From contig OX597814.1 of NCBI GenBank assembly GCA_951406725.2, positions 197,346,001-197,410,000 on the forward strand: DNA of 64,000 nt. Reading direction: 5' to 3'. The notes beneath the pieces are model-generated. The model did no database searches and was not told where the DNA came from. It saw only the letters and a list, made by a program, of their open reading frames with translations. This stretch comes from Octopus vulgaris. Its lineage: Eukaryota. Positions within the stretch are counted from its first letter, which is position 1. The number at the start of each line of letters is the position of its first letter. Shown here one piece after another: positions 37,620 to 51,581 of this stretch. The translations under genes were made by a program, and so were the position numbers.

Positions 37620-40270
37620 TTTGGTTTATGGTCGAGATTGTAGGTACTACTAATCTTGCTTGAATTTGACCTTGAATGGTAGGATGGTCCGGTACCGTTG
37701 TTAAGAGTACATGCAATAATTTTTGGACTTTCAGTAGAGGTTGCTTTTATATGTCTGATTATTTAGGTAGGCAGGTAAACAGTTGAGGACCTCTAGATAT
37801 CGGAATTGGAAAATCTCACAAAATCTTACATTTCTTCGACTCCAGTATTCCTCCGGTTTGATGATTGGTGCCATGTGTTTCCAGCTTCAAATCCCCATTT
37901 CTGGCACAGTCTCCAGTGTATGACTTTTACAACCTGGCCGTGTCTCCGTTTTTTATATTCTTCCTGTGCCAACTAGGGGCAATCTTCCATAATGTGTGCC
38001 ATTATCTCGTTCCAAGTTACACAGGCTCTACATTTTTCTGACACATTCTCTCTAAAAATATTTTTTCTTAAGTTGTTTGTTTTTATCGCTTGATCTTGGG
38101 CTGCTACAATCAGTCTCAGTTTCTCTTTTTAATTGCCCCCTTTTTTTATCAAAGCCAGGATTTTGTTCCACATACGTCGTTAGTGGCTCTCCAAACTCGG
38201 CCATGCAGAGGTTTCCCTTCGATCTATCTGACTTTGTATTTCATTCTTGTCTTTCTCCTATTACGCGCTTCATCACCAATTCTTTATTTTATCTGTTTTT
38301 AGTTTATCTGTGCAGCTCTCTATTCTACAAGACTTTTTTCCATCTGTACACATTCTTCTACTGCTATTAAGCCTTTTTCACCCTTCTCTCTCCTCAAGTA
38401 CAGCCGGTTGATATCAGCTTTTGGTTGGTAGGCTCCATACATCTTCAACAGCTTCCGAATTATTCTCTCAAGTTTCTATATATCGTTTCTGGTCCAGTCT
38501 ATAATTCCAACTCCATATTTGATTAAGGGTACTGCTCTTGAATTTATTGCTTTAATAAGCTTTTTTTTTAATTCAGTTTTGACTGCAATAATTTTATGAC
38601 TCTCCTTGTATACTCCCTACTGGTCATTTGTTTCATTTATTTACTATTTTTTATCTCGTCTGCTCCCAGTATACCCAAGTACATATATCATTGTCTTTTC
38701 TCAACGTTCTCATTGTTTGCCCATTCGGCATTTCAATTCCCCGGCTTCTTTCAAATCTTCTTTGTTTCATTTTCAAGATAGTGCACTTTTCTATCCCAAA
38801 TTCCATACCTACGTCATTTGAGAAAATGCGAATAATACATACAAGATTTGCAAGCTGTATCTAATTTTACGCATAAACCTTTTATATCATCCATGAAAAG
38901 GAGATTATTTATCTGACCATTTCCCAAATCGTCAGCAATTTTAACTTTTCGTAGTATGAGAGCGGTACGAGAGCCAATACGGATAGTAACGGAGATAAGC
39001 TATCGCCTTGGAATATTCTACACCTGATGATCACTTTTCCGAATTTTTGTTTTCCTCCGATCAATTTCAGTATTCCATTTTCTCCATGTTTTCTGCTATT
39101 CCAAACACGCCCATTGCTTTACTTATCCAACTGTGTGGTACCGTGACATATGCGTTTTTGTAATCTATCCATGCTGCACTCAGTCCCGTCAATCTGCGTC
39201 TACAACTTTTAATTATCATTTTATCAACTAATAACTGATCGTTTGTTGCCCTACTTTGTTTCCTGCATCCTTTCTGTTCTTCTGGAAGTAAATTGTTACT
39301 TTCCAGATGACACCGGCCATAAAGTTCAACATTAGTGGTAAACAGGTTATAGATCGAAGGCGGCGAGCTGGCAGAAACGTTAGCGCGCTGGACGAAATGC
39401 TTTGCGGTATTTCGTCTGCCGCCACGTTCTGAGTTCAAATTCCGCCGAGGCCGACTTTGCCTTTCATCCTTTCGGGGTCGATAAATAAAGTACCAGTTAC
39501 GCACTGGGGTCAATATAATCGACTTAATCCGTTTGTCTGTCCTTGTTTGTCCCCTGTGTGTTTAGCCCCTTGTGGGTAGTAAAGAAATAGGTACACAGGT
39601 TATAGATCGAAAATTTGATACCAAGATCCCTTTCAAGGGATCCTTGAGGTGTAGCTGCGTTTGTCCATATGTCATTCAAGCAGGGACGTGACACTGCTTT
39701 GGGCTTCAGGCAGTCATCCCGCTACGCAGTGACCCTTTCATGCTACTATTTAAAGTTCTTCAGTCAATAGCCTTATACTCCATCCGGGCCTGGTCCTTTC
39801 CAATTTGCTATTTTTTTAAATTTCTGTCTCACTGTCTATAGATTAATTCTGACATCATTTTGTCTTGGTACAATTTCAAGCTGTCTTCCCACATGTGTTT
39901 GCCACTCCACGCTTTATATCTCGCCAGCCTGTTCCACAGCCTTCCCCAAAATTCTTCCGCATCTGGAATCCCTTCTTGGTGTTGGCCTCCCCCTATTTCC
40001 TCAAATAGACGCCTTCTATTTGATTGGAACAGTCTATTCTGTTCGAAACCATTGCATCTTGCATCGTATCTTTTCAATTTAACCTTTAATGCTGTCACCT
40101 TTTGTGTCAATTATTCATATATCGTTTTTCACCTTTCTTCCTATCTGTTCTGCCCATTTAATTTTCTAATTGCTATCTTATTCTTCAGCTCTCCTCTCAT
40201 TATACTATTCAATGCCCGCAGTTCTTCCCGTGTCTTTTCTAGCTTCATTCATATTCTCTTCCTCCAGTTT
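37620..40270 (-). pseudogene. Decayed R4/Dong-clade non-LTR retrotransposon (RT, CCHC knuckle, start of the restriction-like endonuclease)
   Basis: KLKRYD..EQNRLFQSN; LLPEEQKGCRKQSR..DQLLVDK..AWIDYKNAY..VPHSWI; near 37880-38045 KCRAC...AHIMEDC..LAQEEYKKRRH.QV..VIHWRLC; many stops and frameshifts. Confidence 0.85.
39359..39594 (+). mobile_element. Young SINE family A inserted in the R4/Dong element
   Basis: Perfect 17-bp TSD acaggttatagatcgaa (39342-39358 and 39595-39611). Confidence 0.95.
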
Positions 40271-40271
40271 G

Positions 40272-40520
40272 ATTCTTTTTCTTCTTCTTCTTCTGCTTCT
40301 TCTTCTTCTCCTCCTCCTCCTCCTCCTCCTGCTTCTTCTTCTTCTCCTCCTCCTCCTTCTGCTTCTTCTCCTTCTTCTCCTCCTCCTTCTTCTCCTCCTT
40401 CTCCTCTTTCTTCTCTTCCTCCTTCTCCTTCTTCTCTTCCTTCTCCTTTTCCTTCTCCCTTTCTTTCTCCTCCTCCTCCTTTTTCTTCTTTTTCTTCTTC
40501 TCCTTCTTATTATTATTGAT
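40272..40520. repeat. (CTT/CCT)n polypyrimidine trinucleotide tract
   Basis: Direct inspection; source of the poly-R/L/SP ORFs. Confidence 0.95.
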
Positions 40521-41277
40521 AATATTGTTATAGCAACAATAAAGATATATATATCTATATGTATATATGCAGCATACCGATGATTATATACCCTTATATA
40601 TAAATATGGCATACATTATATATATACATATATGTATGTATATAATAATAAATATATTTGTGGTGGTGGTTGTTTTCGTTGAAATGTAAATCATTCCTTA
40701 ACAATTAAAGTTGCTGTTGAAGACGTTGTTATTGTTGTTTTGTCATTTAGGAAGCCATAGGATTTTCCACTTTAATTGATAATCAAATTCGTGTTTAAAG
40801 AACGTGTTTGATGTTTTCATGATGTGTTATCATAGAAAACTAATGAAACAAACAATAGATATTAAGATCTAAGGATGAAATCGTTAGAAATACATTAATT
40901 AAAATTAATAATTACTAACATAAGCACAAGGTCAAATATTTGGCGAGAAGGTGGACAATCAAATAATTCGAGTTTGTTACTTGACAAGCATTTTATTTTA
41001 TAAACCCGTAGAAGACAAATGAGAATGTTGACGTCAGCAGAAATAGAATTCGCAACCTACAATGCCTGGACAAATATCACGAGACATTTTGTAAAATCTC
41101 AATGCAAATTGCCATTATACTAATTTTTAGTTACAGTAATAAGTGTCGCTAATGTAAGGCAGAAGGGGAGGAGTTTAGTCGATTAATTTGATTTGAACCC
41201 AGTACAAAAGTGCTATTAGACATTATCGACTCTGGAAGGATGAGACAAACTTAATCTAGCTGGAATCTGATCTCAAT

Positions 41278-41679
41278 ACTCTTTTACTTGTTTCAGTCAT
41301 TTGACAGCGGCCATGCTGGAGCACCGCCTTTAGTCGAGAAAATCGACCGCATGACTTATTCTTTGTCAGCCTACTACTTGTTCTACAGTTTCTTTTGCCG
41401 AACCACTGAGTCACAGGGGACGTAAAAACACCACCATTTGTTGTCAAGCGATGTTGGGGGGAGGGACAAACACTGATACACAAACATATACACACACACA
41501 CATACATATATAAATATACATATACACAACGGGCTTCTTTCAGTTTCCGTCTACCAAATCCACTCACAAGGCTTTGGTCGGTCCGAAGCTATAGTAGAAG
41601 ACACTTGCCCAAGGTGCCCCGCAGCGGGAATGAACCGGGAACCATATGGTTGGTAAGCAAGCTACTTACCACACAGCCA
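41278..41679 (-). mobile_element. SINE family B, nearly full length
   Basis: Reverse complement of the family B structure. Confidence 0.9.
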
Positions 41680-42049
41680 TGTTAAAGATGGAAGAAACCT
41701 TACAAAATGTTTTGTTTTTTTTTTGTTTTTTTGTTTTTTTTTATCTGAGAATGAGCATTTCTGTCAGCACGCTGACTTAATATCAGTAATGATGGCTCTG
41801 ATTTAGGCACTCGTTAGTTTAAGGAATTGGGGTTAATTGAAACCATCTGCTCCAGAACCTATGTGGTACTTTATTTATATCTGCCCTTGAGGGATGAAGA
41901 GCAAAGATTTTGGAATTCAGAATATAAAGAGCAGGGCGATATATTGCGAGCAGTGGGTGGGAATAAACGGTCTGATACAGTACGTGAAATCATACGTCAT
42001 CAACTGGTAATCAAATTTGTGCGATGGATGTACAGATTTCCTAGTTTAG

Positions 42050-42560
42050 TCCATCTATCCACCCCACGTCTCTGTCCACTGTTCCTAGGAGGGTCGTGGT
42101 GGGTAGAGCCCTCAGACACCTCCACCATCGGGTCCTATCAGAAACAGTTGTCATTTCTCTTTCCTGTTCGATTCCCAAGCACGACCAACTGCGATTATAG
42201 ATATTATCCAGCCATCTCATTCTTGATCTTCCCCAAGGTCACCTTCCGATTAGTTCGGCTTGAAGAATCCACCTGGCAATTCATTCCTGCAACATTTTAA
42301 TCACATATCCTTAGTACCGGAGCTGTGACCTCTCAATGTGTATCTGTAGCGACTCGATCTAGAGAGACTCCCTGGTCTCCGAGCTACGCACACTGTCGAA
42401 TACCGTTACTCGACACAAACACATCCTACAAAGGAAGCCTGTTTTATCCATTTGCATTCGCGATTGTATTCTTTCGCTTATTACCCAATATCCATGATCA
42501 TAGGTGAAGATAAGCACTGGAACCAAATTCAACATTCCGTACAAAATTCCTTGCGATGTC
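42050..42560 (-). mobile_element. Decayed RTE-clade LINE 3' fragment
   Basis: Minus-strand GYV.....ARWILQAELIGR*PWGRSRMRWLDNI..SWSCLGI resembles the RTE C-terminal G.R..GR...RW.D motif. Confidence 0.6.
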
Positions 42561-43199
42561 AATTTTAATATTTTGAGTTCAAGTTGATCCGAAATTTTGC
42601 TTTCATTCTACTTCTGCTGATAAAGTAATTGCTAGTTATAGTTGAGTTATGCCGAAATTATATCCTGGTGCCTATCATAGAAATCATTATAGACCGAAAA
42701 CTAAAAGAGATTATCGCACTATTTTCGTGTTATCAAAAGAGGATTTCTTTCAAAAATAAAATTGAAAAAATGTGGTTCTTTCATCTCACTTAATAACAAA
42801 TTCAATTTGAAAAAAAAAAAGAAACATTTAGCTATATTTGTGTAGTTTTTTTTCTATTTTTATCTTTAAATAAAATTTCCTACCAAAGTATTAATAAAAC
42901 ACACAAACTGGATTAATCATTCAGAAGTTTGGTTTTTGATTTCGTGTTTTTTTTTTGTTTTGTTTTATATTTCGCCTTTTTTTAGTATTTCTCTCTAAAT
43001 CTTGATCGTCATCGTCATTATCATAAGAAGCAGCACCATCACCATGATAATCATCATCGTTGGTTGTCGTCTTCGGCGTCATCCTCATTTTCACCACCAT
43101 TCATGATCATCATCGTCATCGTAGCCTTCACCGCATTCGTTGCCATAATCATCCACAACAATTATAATCGTCCTCATTATCATCATCATCATTATCTCT

Positions 43200-43485
43200 T
43201 TATCACAGGTTTTGTTGGCGATCCTGGGGTCTTGTATGCGCAGCGGGCTTGCTACCTGCAGCCTCCGGTATCATGCTAGTCGTTCTTTTCAGCTATCAAA
43301 TACTTTCCTGGTTATTCTGGGCCGTGCCAACGAGACAAACCTTTTATAACAGTTCTACTGGGCACTCTGTTCCAATTTCTTTTATATTCCCCCTGGGGCC
43401 TTATGGTACTATACCTAAGGACCTAACAGTAATTGGCACTGTCTTCACCTTCATTTTCCATAGCCGCGCTATTTCGTACTTAAGA
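43200..43485 (-). mobile_element. 3' end of an R4/Dong-clade LINE between (TAT)/(CAT) tracts
   Basis: Minus-strand LKYEIARLWKMKVKTVPITVRSLGIVP...ELL*KVCLVGTA matches the RLE C-terminus pattern. Confidence 0.75.
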
Positions 43486-43850
43486 GGGTTGTATCATTAT
43501 TATTATTATTATTATTCGATAATTCATTACCAATTTTCACTGAAATAATTAATATACAGCTAATATCAAAAACGAAATATATTGACGAACCTATACCAGT
43601 GTTTTTTTTTTCTTCTTTCTTTATATGAAATCAAATGAGAGTTCAATCATTTATTGATCCTAGTATGAATCGATTCGATATTTTTACTGTAAAAATAACA
43701 CACAATGGTTTTATCAAGATTTATTCCCAGCTTTGCTCTTTCTCTTTCTCTCTACCAGATTTCATTTCTCCATCTCTTCATTTCCCTGGTTTACATTCCC
43801 CTCTCTTTATATTTCTATTTTTCCTCTTTACCTACATGATTCATAATATA

Positions 43851-44440
43851 TTTACCGATGATATATTACTATTAATGATTTGTAAACAGACTTGTCTTGT
43901 GTCTACAAAGAAGAAATCGATGCTATTTGAGTGAAAAACTTTATACTACACTAGCAGTATCGCCCGGCGTTGCTCGGGTTTGTAAGGGAAATAACTATAT
44001 AAGCATTTTTAGAGAGTTATAGCAAAAAAATGCATTAAAAAGGGAAAAAAATGATGGTAAATTTTTTTTTTAATCGTTGACTCGTCGTAGACATTTTTAG
44101 AGAGTTACTTCCCTTATATAATAGCGAAAAAATGCATTAAAATGGAAAAAAATGATGGTAAATTTTTTTTTTAATCGTAGACTCATCGTAGACGCGCGCT
44201 AATACCCAGAAGGGCTCGATATGAATCACGACTATAAGATACCTGGTTTTGGTTAAACTGCACCGCAAAATGTGGGAGTAGTTAGGAATCTAAATCGAAG
44301 AGGACAGACACTCACACAACTACAGTTTTATATATAAAGATTTACCGATGATATATTACTATTAATGATTTGTAAACAGACTTGTCTTGTGTCTACACAA
44401 AAGAAATCGATGCTATTTGAGTGAAAAACTTTATACTACA
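43851..44440 (+). repeat. 100-bp direct duplication (43851-43950 and 44341-44440) flanking the Helitron
   Basis: 98 of 100 bases identical by eye. Confidence 0.92.
43951..44340 (-). mobile_element. Non-autonomous Helitron (390 bp)
   Basis: Minus strand starts TC after A and ends CCCGAGCAACGCCGGG hairpin + CGATACTG + CTAG before T; internal ~90-bp tandem duplication. Confidence 0.85.
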
Positions 44441-44607
44441 TTATGATTATAATCTTCAACCTCGAATACGTATTAAAAAAGTATTTTCCAGTTTATGTTT
44501 AGAGACGCCGAATACAAGACAGAGAAAAATGGTTGATTTCCGCATTTCGCCACGATCATCATGTTCCCTAAATAAACGATTATAGAAAACTTAAACAATC
44601 AAAACAA

Positions 44608-45033
44608 TTGGTAAGAAGCTTGCTTCCCAACCACATGGTTTCAAGCTCGATCCCACTCCATAGCACGATGGGCTAGTGGTTTTGAATATATAGCGTCTGA
44701 CCGGCTAAAACACTTATTAGTGAATTTGGTGGGCGAAAACTGAAAGAACCCCGTCGTATATGTGTGTGTTTGTATCTGTGTTTGTCCCCACGTCTCCTTG
44801 ACAACCAGTGTTGGTGTGTTTACGTCCCCGTAACTTAGTAGTTCGGCAAAAGAATTCGATAGTCGCACGAGTGGCTGTGTGGTTAGTAGCTTGCTACCCA
44901 ACCACATGGTTCCAGGTTCAGTCCCACTGCGTAGCACCTTGGGCAAGTATCTTCAAATATAGCCTCAGGCCGACCAAAGCTTTGTGAGTGGATTTGGTGG
45001 ACGAAAACTGAAAGAAGCCCGTCGTATATATGC

Positions 45034-45083
<50 letters not shown>

Positions 45084-45420
45084 TAGGGTGTCTGTGTTTG
45101 TCCCCCCAACATCGCTTGACAACCCATGCTAGTGTCTTTACGTCCCCGTAACTAAGCGGTTCAGCAAAAGAGACCAATAGAATACAATAGAATAAGTACA
45201 AGGCTTACAAATAAGTTTTGGGGGCGATTCGCTCGACTAAAGGCGTTGCTCCAGCATGGCCGCAGCCAAATGACTGAAACAAGTAAAAGAGAGAGAATAT
45301 GTACCAGATTTTTAAAACATAAGTATTATGGTCGATTCGTTCGACTAAGAATTCTTCAAAGCGGTACCCCAGCATGGACGCAGCCTACTGACTGAAACGA
45401 GTAAAATATAAACGATAAAA
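44608..45420 (+). mobile_element. Nested family B SINEs: older copy (44608-44861 plus ~45297-45420) interrupted by a younger copy (~44862-45296)
   Basis: Outer copy breaks at ..tcgatag and resumes at aatatgtaccag.. Confidence 0.8.
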
Positions 45421-47571
45421 AATAAGTTATTTTGTATATACAGGTGTTATTACAAGCCCCCTCCCCAACACGCACACATTGTCTGATTATAGATATGCGA
45501 CCTGCTTGAACTTAATAGTTGAGTATATTGAACCTTATAGTATCAAACATTTGCAGAGGTTTTGTAGCTGTAAGCTTCTATAAATTAACTCTATATAGAT
45601 TATATCGAGTGCGTTTGACACTACTATATGTAACATGAGTGATTCTTTCTACATGTGGACAGAAATTCTTGTTGTCGGGCCTTTGCTATAGCATTAAATG
45701 TTAAATACTTATAGCCTGCAAGTCAGTAGCTCCAGTTCTCTGAAGTTGTTCGATTTGCTGTGCATACGAACAGATAGGCAACTTATTTTTCTGGTATTGA
45801 TCAAATGATAAAACCTCTGAGCTGAACCCGATAAAGCTTAAAAATCGATCAGGAGAAATCTACGGAGAACTAGTTAAATTTGCTATGAACGCGTGCCTCC
45901 TAAGTAGGTTTGTGTGCGTGTGTGTATGTATATATATATATGGTGGAAGTTCCATATATATATATGGAAAAAAAGTCAAGATAGAAAATGCTAAAATAAT
46001 TTTATAAAAAACATTTCAGTACCGGTTTCAGTCGGGGCATTTTCAACTGTAACAATTAAATAATTAAATTTAGAAAAATTAAAGGAAAAGTTTTTTAAAA
46101 GAATGTTTGCATAGTGTTCAAATACAAGTGGAATTTTTCTTTGTTTGTGCCTGTCTCTGTCTCTCTTGTTTACTTTTGTGGGTTCGAGGTCGTTGTGACG
46201 ATTATATATACATATAATACACACACACACAATGGGTTATCGTTTACAAGAATTTTGAGAGACCCCTATTAGGTCACCGAAATCTAGTTCCCTTAAAAAA
46301 TTAGATGTCCAACAATTTGCACAGCTTTTTTCCTACATATATTTTTGTTTCCATTTTATTCTCTCAAAGGGGAAATTTGAAAGAAAACGCTGAGTATTTC
46401 AATGTTTTCTCACATAACCTGAGGATGAAATTAAAATTTGTTATCAGTCAAAAAAATAAAATGGCGTAACTCTTCAAACAATCTTTTTACTACGTCTTCA
46501 AGAATTTATTCTTTACAAATCATCGTGTAAATTATATTTGGGCTCTTTTTTTGCTTTGTTTTTAAATATTTTTATTTCTCCTTCGTGTTTTTATCGCAAT
46601 TAGATGATTTTGCCGATGGAAATGATGGATCAGAGATAGAGTTAATTGTTTAAACAATCAATGTGTTGTTGATGGTTTCTTTATTAATTAAATGTTAATT
46701 GAAATTAATGAATGAGTGACATTTTGGGTCGATTTGAGCCCCCTTTGATTAACTTGTATCAATATAAAAATATAATCGAAATGAAATGAAACGTTGAAGT
46801 GAGTTTTAATGAATTGTTAAATAGACATTAAGCCTGACATTAGTCACGACTGACGAGGGAATTATTAGTAATTCATTTACATGCTAGAAACACCAACTAA
46901 ATGACTTTCAAATCACATCCTATAACTATATCATAGAAGGGATTACATTAGAGAATATAGTCCTAGATACACAATATTTGAAATGTAATAGAGCAGATTA
47001 TCATGAGTGGAATACATTAGATCAGTGCTGCCGAATGTCCGGCCCACGAAGCCTTAGAATCCGGTCCGCTAGTCGGTCTTCAATTTATGGGTATCTGCAA
47101 AACAAATTACAAAAAATTTATTCGTAGATCACAAAAGATCACATTAAAGTATCCTCTTTATGTCCAGAAAGTGTGCTACACGCAGGTCTTCTCCATACGT
47201 CATTATGAGACGTGATTTATCTGCGACAGAGATAGTTTTTAAGTATGCTGAGTCAGCTGCTGACCGTGTTGTGGATGAATACCGATTTTCGGTGGCTGAA
47301 AACTGTAATGATTAGATTAAAGGCCTGAGGAAGTAGGGCTGATTTAGAACGAAATATGAATGATATATTAAAAAATTCAAGTATGTATTTATAGAGTGTT
47401 GAGGAAATGTACCTGTAAAAATGATTCTATTCTCAAAGAGAAGATTAGTTGCATCCTAAATTGTCTTTATATTGGTCCAACTTGCGATACTCATCTTAAA
47501 TTACAGCTCGGTCGGTTGCTTTATGTTCTTCCAGATCGCTGTATACATACGATAGGGTACTAAAAAAAATA

Positions 47572-47743
47572 CAGGAGGATTGGTTAATTATGATTTTATT
47601 CAGCATATTCCCCTCTCACATTTATACACTTATTGCACCGGCCCTTCAGGTGTTCTAAGCCCTGTAAAAGAACTGGGAAGGCAGACCTTTCAGCCAGGCC
47701 TTTCGTGACACCCTTAAAGCAGGGAATTTTTCAGTACCCGTTC

Positions 47744-47746
<3 letters not shown>
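47572..47746 (-). mobile_element. Mariner-derived MITE (family of 14306-14505)
   Basis: Reverse-complement homology. Confidence 0.78.
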
Positions 47747-47787
<41 letters not shown>

Positions 47788-47789
<2 letters not shown>

Positions 47790-47832
47790 AGTAGTAGTAG
47801 TAGTAGCGGCAGCAGCAACAGTGGTGGTAGTG

Positions 47833-47866
<34 letters not shown>

Positions 47867-47936
47867 CGGCAACAGTGGTAGTAGTAGTAGTAGTAGCGGC
47901 AACAGTGGTGGTAGTAGTAGTAGTAGCAGCAGCAAC

Positions 47937-47968
<32 letters not shown>

Positions 47969-48048
47969 CGGCAACAGTGGTGGTGGTAGTAGTAGTAGCA
48001 GCAGCAGCAACAGTGGTAGTAGTTGTATTAACAGCAGCAGCAGTAGTG
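47788..48048. repeat. (GTA)n with recurring gcggcaacagtg interruptions
   Basis: Direct inspection. Confidence 0.9.
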
Positions 48049-49344
48049 TCCTAGATCATCCTCTTCCAAAGGAAATGTACCCTCATCGGTGCTCGATTCG
48101 CTTTCGCCTTTATCATTCCAACTGAACGAAGTCTAATAGTGCATAGTAAGTTCTTTGTTAAATTTTGAAACGTATTTACTTTCGCAAAACTCATCGTAAA
48201 CAATAATGCGCCGAGATCTTAAGTTTTGTAATCAAAATTGGAACTTCCATGTTTTCCCTTATGAGTTTTCAGAGTTCCATTAACACAGAAAAAATTCTGA
48301 ATGGCCCAATAAAAATAGATAGAAGCAATGAAAAGTACTATTGATTAATATTGTGAGAAAGTGACAACAATCAATCACTATTCACTAGCAACGACCTTCA
48401 GTTAAAACTACAGTAAATACACCGACTTTGGACAACATTATTCTATGACTATAATTAAGAATTAGATGGAATTGATTGACAATTTCAATACATGCGATAA
48501 TTGTAGCCATTGAATGAATGGAATCCGTCCTAAGAATTGTCTTCTAAATCCATTGAGAATCAGTTTGTTTTATTCTTTTGTTTGGTAATTCAACAAATGT
48601 CTTCGCATGAACTTGCAAACGGTCTTAGAAAATGACAAAGTGAAATGCTATGGAAATTTAGTATACAGACCTACTAGCTGATAGCGTATAATAGACTTGA
48701 TATTTTCCATGGCAAAAATAACAATAGACAACTGATTATTGACATAATAATGCTAAATCGTTATAATATTGTGCTGGGGCGAGCTGAAAAGAATCACACC
48801 AATCTAGCGATTGAATTAAAACATTGGAACAGTGAAATAATGCATCATAGCATACCATTTACAATTAGTACGAACGGAACAGATATACAATAACATCTGT
48901 AAAGACTGTGACAATTTAATATTTCCCTTTCTTCTCTCTCTTTTCATTTATTTGTCTGTCAGTCTCTCTCTCTCCGTCTCTTTCTGTCTTTCTATTCTTT
49001 TAGGAACAGACTGGAACGTGTGCCTGTCAATTCTTATGGGAGTAGACAGTTATACATTTAAGTGAATAGCAAAACTACGTTCTTTTCATTTGTTAAATAA
49101 CCCAAACGTGTTTATAGATGTTATTTTTCTCTTTATATTATCTTTTGTCAATGTGTATTTAAATCACTTTTAAATAAAACTTTAAATCTGTTTCTGAAAC
49201 CAAACATCAACAAAAATAATGTGGGCAACGACGGTTATGATGATCAATTTGTTCGACTAAAACCCTTCAATGGCTGCAGTCTACTGGTTCGTACAAATAG
49301 AATATTCAACTGAACAAATCCTCAATTCATCTTAGTACAGCTAT

Positions 49345-49592
49345 CGTGGCACTCCATCGGTTACGACGACGAGCGTTCCAGATGATCTGATCAGCGGAAC
49401 AGCTTGCTCGTAAAGTAATCGTACAAGTGGCTGAGCACTCCATAGATACGTCTACCCTTAAGGTAGTTCTCGGGGATATTGAGTGACACAGAGGGTGACA
49501 GTGCTGATCCTTTGAAATACAGGTACAACAGAAACAGGAAGAATAAGTGACAGACAGTTGTAGTGAAACAGTACAGCAGGGTTCACCACACA
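49345..49592 (-). mobile_element. 3' part of SINE family D
   Basis: Reverse complement of ~56590-56832. Confidence 0.8.
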
Positions 49593-49595
49593 CCC

Positions 49596-49882
49596 CAAAA
49601 GGAAGAAAGGCAAAGTCGAATTTGAACTCAGAACGTAGCGGCAGACGAAATACCTATTTCTTTACTACACACAAGGGGCTAAACACAGAAAGGACAAGCA
49701 AGGACACAAACGGATTAGTCGATTAGATCGACCCAGTGCGTAACTGGTACTTATTTAATCGAACCCGAAAGGATGAAAGGCAAAGTCGACCGCGGCGGAA
49801 TTTGAACTCAGAACGTAACGGCAGACGAAATACCGCTAAGCAATTCGCCCGGCGTGCTAACGTTTCTGCCAGCTCACCGCCT
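49596..49882 (-). mobile_element. SINE family A with partial tandem 3' unit
   Basis: Same junction gcagacgaaatacctatttctttact as at 118-143. Confidence 0.88.
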
Positions 49883-50363
49883 TTCTCTGCTCCATGATGA
49901 TCCCTCAGATATTCTTGCAAGGCATTATGTGTAGGCCTTTGAATCCCAAGCTACGGTTGCAGATATAACCAGATCGTTGATGATTTCGCATTTTGATGCT
50001 TAACGTATCTTAATGCTCATCGGTGGCTCTCACCACACTCTCCATTGTCAGTCATTAACGATAATGCTTCTGCGGCTTATTGAATTGCTTTGGCTCTTAT
50101 CTCTAGCAGTACTGGTGGTGGTTATGAGTGACCTTCGTTCACTTTAGTGACGTATGTATTTCTACATTTAGGTTGTAAAAAATTGCAAATTAGACACCCA
50201 CATATATATATAATGTAAATATACATGTAAGTATGGATGGATGTATGCATGTCTGTTCTCATCCACTCGGACGTTAATTTCACGTGTAGTTTGTTCCACT
50301 TATCAGATCACCTGGTACCCTCGTAGTCATAATCGACAGACAGCCAGTGTGTGTGTGTGTGTG

Positions 50364-50402
<39 letters not shown>

Positions 50403-51195
50403 ATATGGATATGTATGCGTGTGTATATGGATATGTATGTGTGTGTATATGGATATGTATGTGTGTGTATATGGATATATGTGTGTGTGTATGGATATAT
50501 ATATAGCTATGTATGTGTATGGATATGTATGTGTGTGTATGATATATATATTTATATATCTACACACATATATAGATACCTGTGTATACATGTGTGTGTA
50601 TATATACACGAACCTCTGTGCTGTATTCTTGCATCTATTATAGTATCACTTATTCCTTTGCATTATTCACCAAAGCGATAAATTTCAGGTGTCTTGATAA
50701 TTTCGCTGTTTTATTTTTAATTTAATTTATATTCAATGAGATGTAATAGATAGATGAACTGGGAAGAAGTTACAAATCAATAAAATGTATGTTTTTCTAA
50801 TGGGAAAAAAATAAATCGCAAAGGTGTGGTGTAAACAGAATAGATTACCTTTAAAATAATTTGATGAAAGGGAGAGTTTTTCTTTAATCTAAATGATCGC
50901 ATATAGACACACAATCGTAGTGTATTTATATTTGTGTGTGTGTGTGTGTATTGGAATTCATATTCACAATGCGGTAAACATTTATATATCTACGTATACG
51001 TGTATACTTATATTACCGTGTGCGATTGTGTGTATTTTTATACACTCGTAGATTCACACATGCATATATATTTACGCAGAAACCGACATATATACACTAA
51101 CTATATATACGCAAATACATACACATATATATACATCTATATATATATGTGTGCACATATATATATATATGTGTGTGTATCTATATATGTACATC

Positions 51196-51281
51196 TACAT
51201 ACATAAAAACATACATTGCATGCATATATATATATATATATACATATACATACACACACATACAAGTACACAAACTTTTAC

Positions 51282-51319
<38 letters not shown>

Positions 51320-51581
51320 CACACACACACACACACATACAAGTACAAACTTTTACCTTTATATATTAAGGTAAAAGTTTGTACTTGTATATAATATATA
51401 TATATATATATATATATGCATGCATGCAATTGTGTGTATGTATGTATATATATATATATATATATGCCAATTTATATATATATATATATATATATGTAAA
51501 TGTGTGTATGTTATATATATATATGCATGCAATGTGTGTGTGTATATATATATATGCATGCAATGTATGTTTTTATGTATG

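Noticed and set aside
40170-40612. Poly-Arg (protamine-like), poly-Leu and Ser/Pro ORFs
   Set aside because: All are frames of one (CTT/CCT)n tract.
46849-46890. CTGACGA followed by a gaatt/aattc hairpin
   Set aside because: No GAAA directly after the stem and no stem I or III.
47023-47345. hAT-like terminus cagtgctgccgaa..cggccc
   Set aside because: No convincing matching right TIR or 8-bp TSD found.
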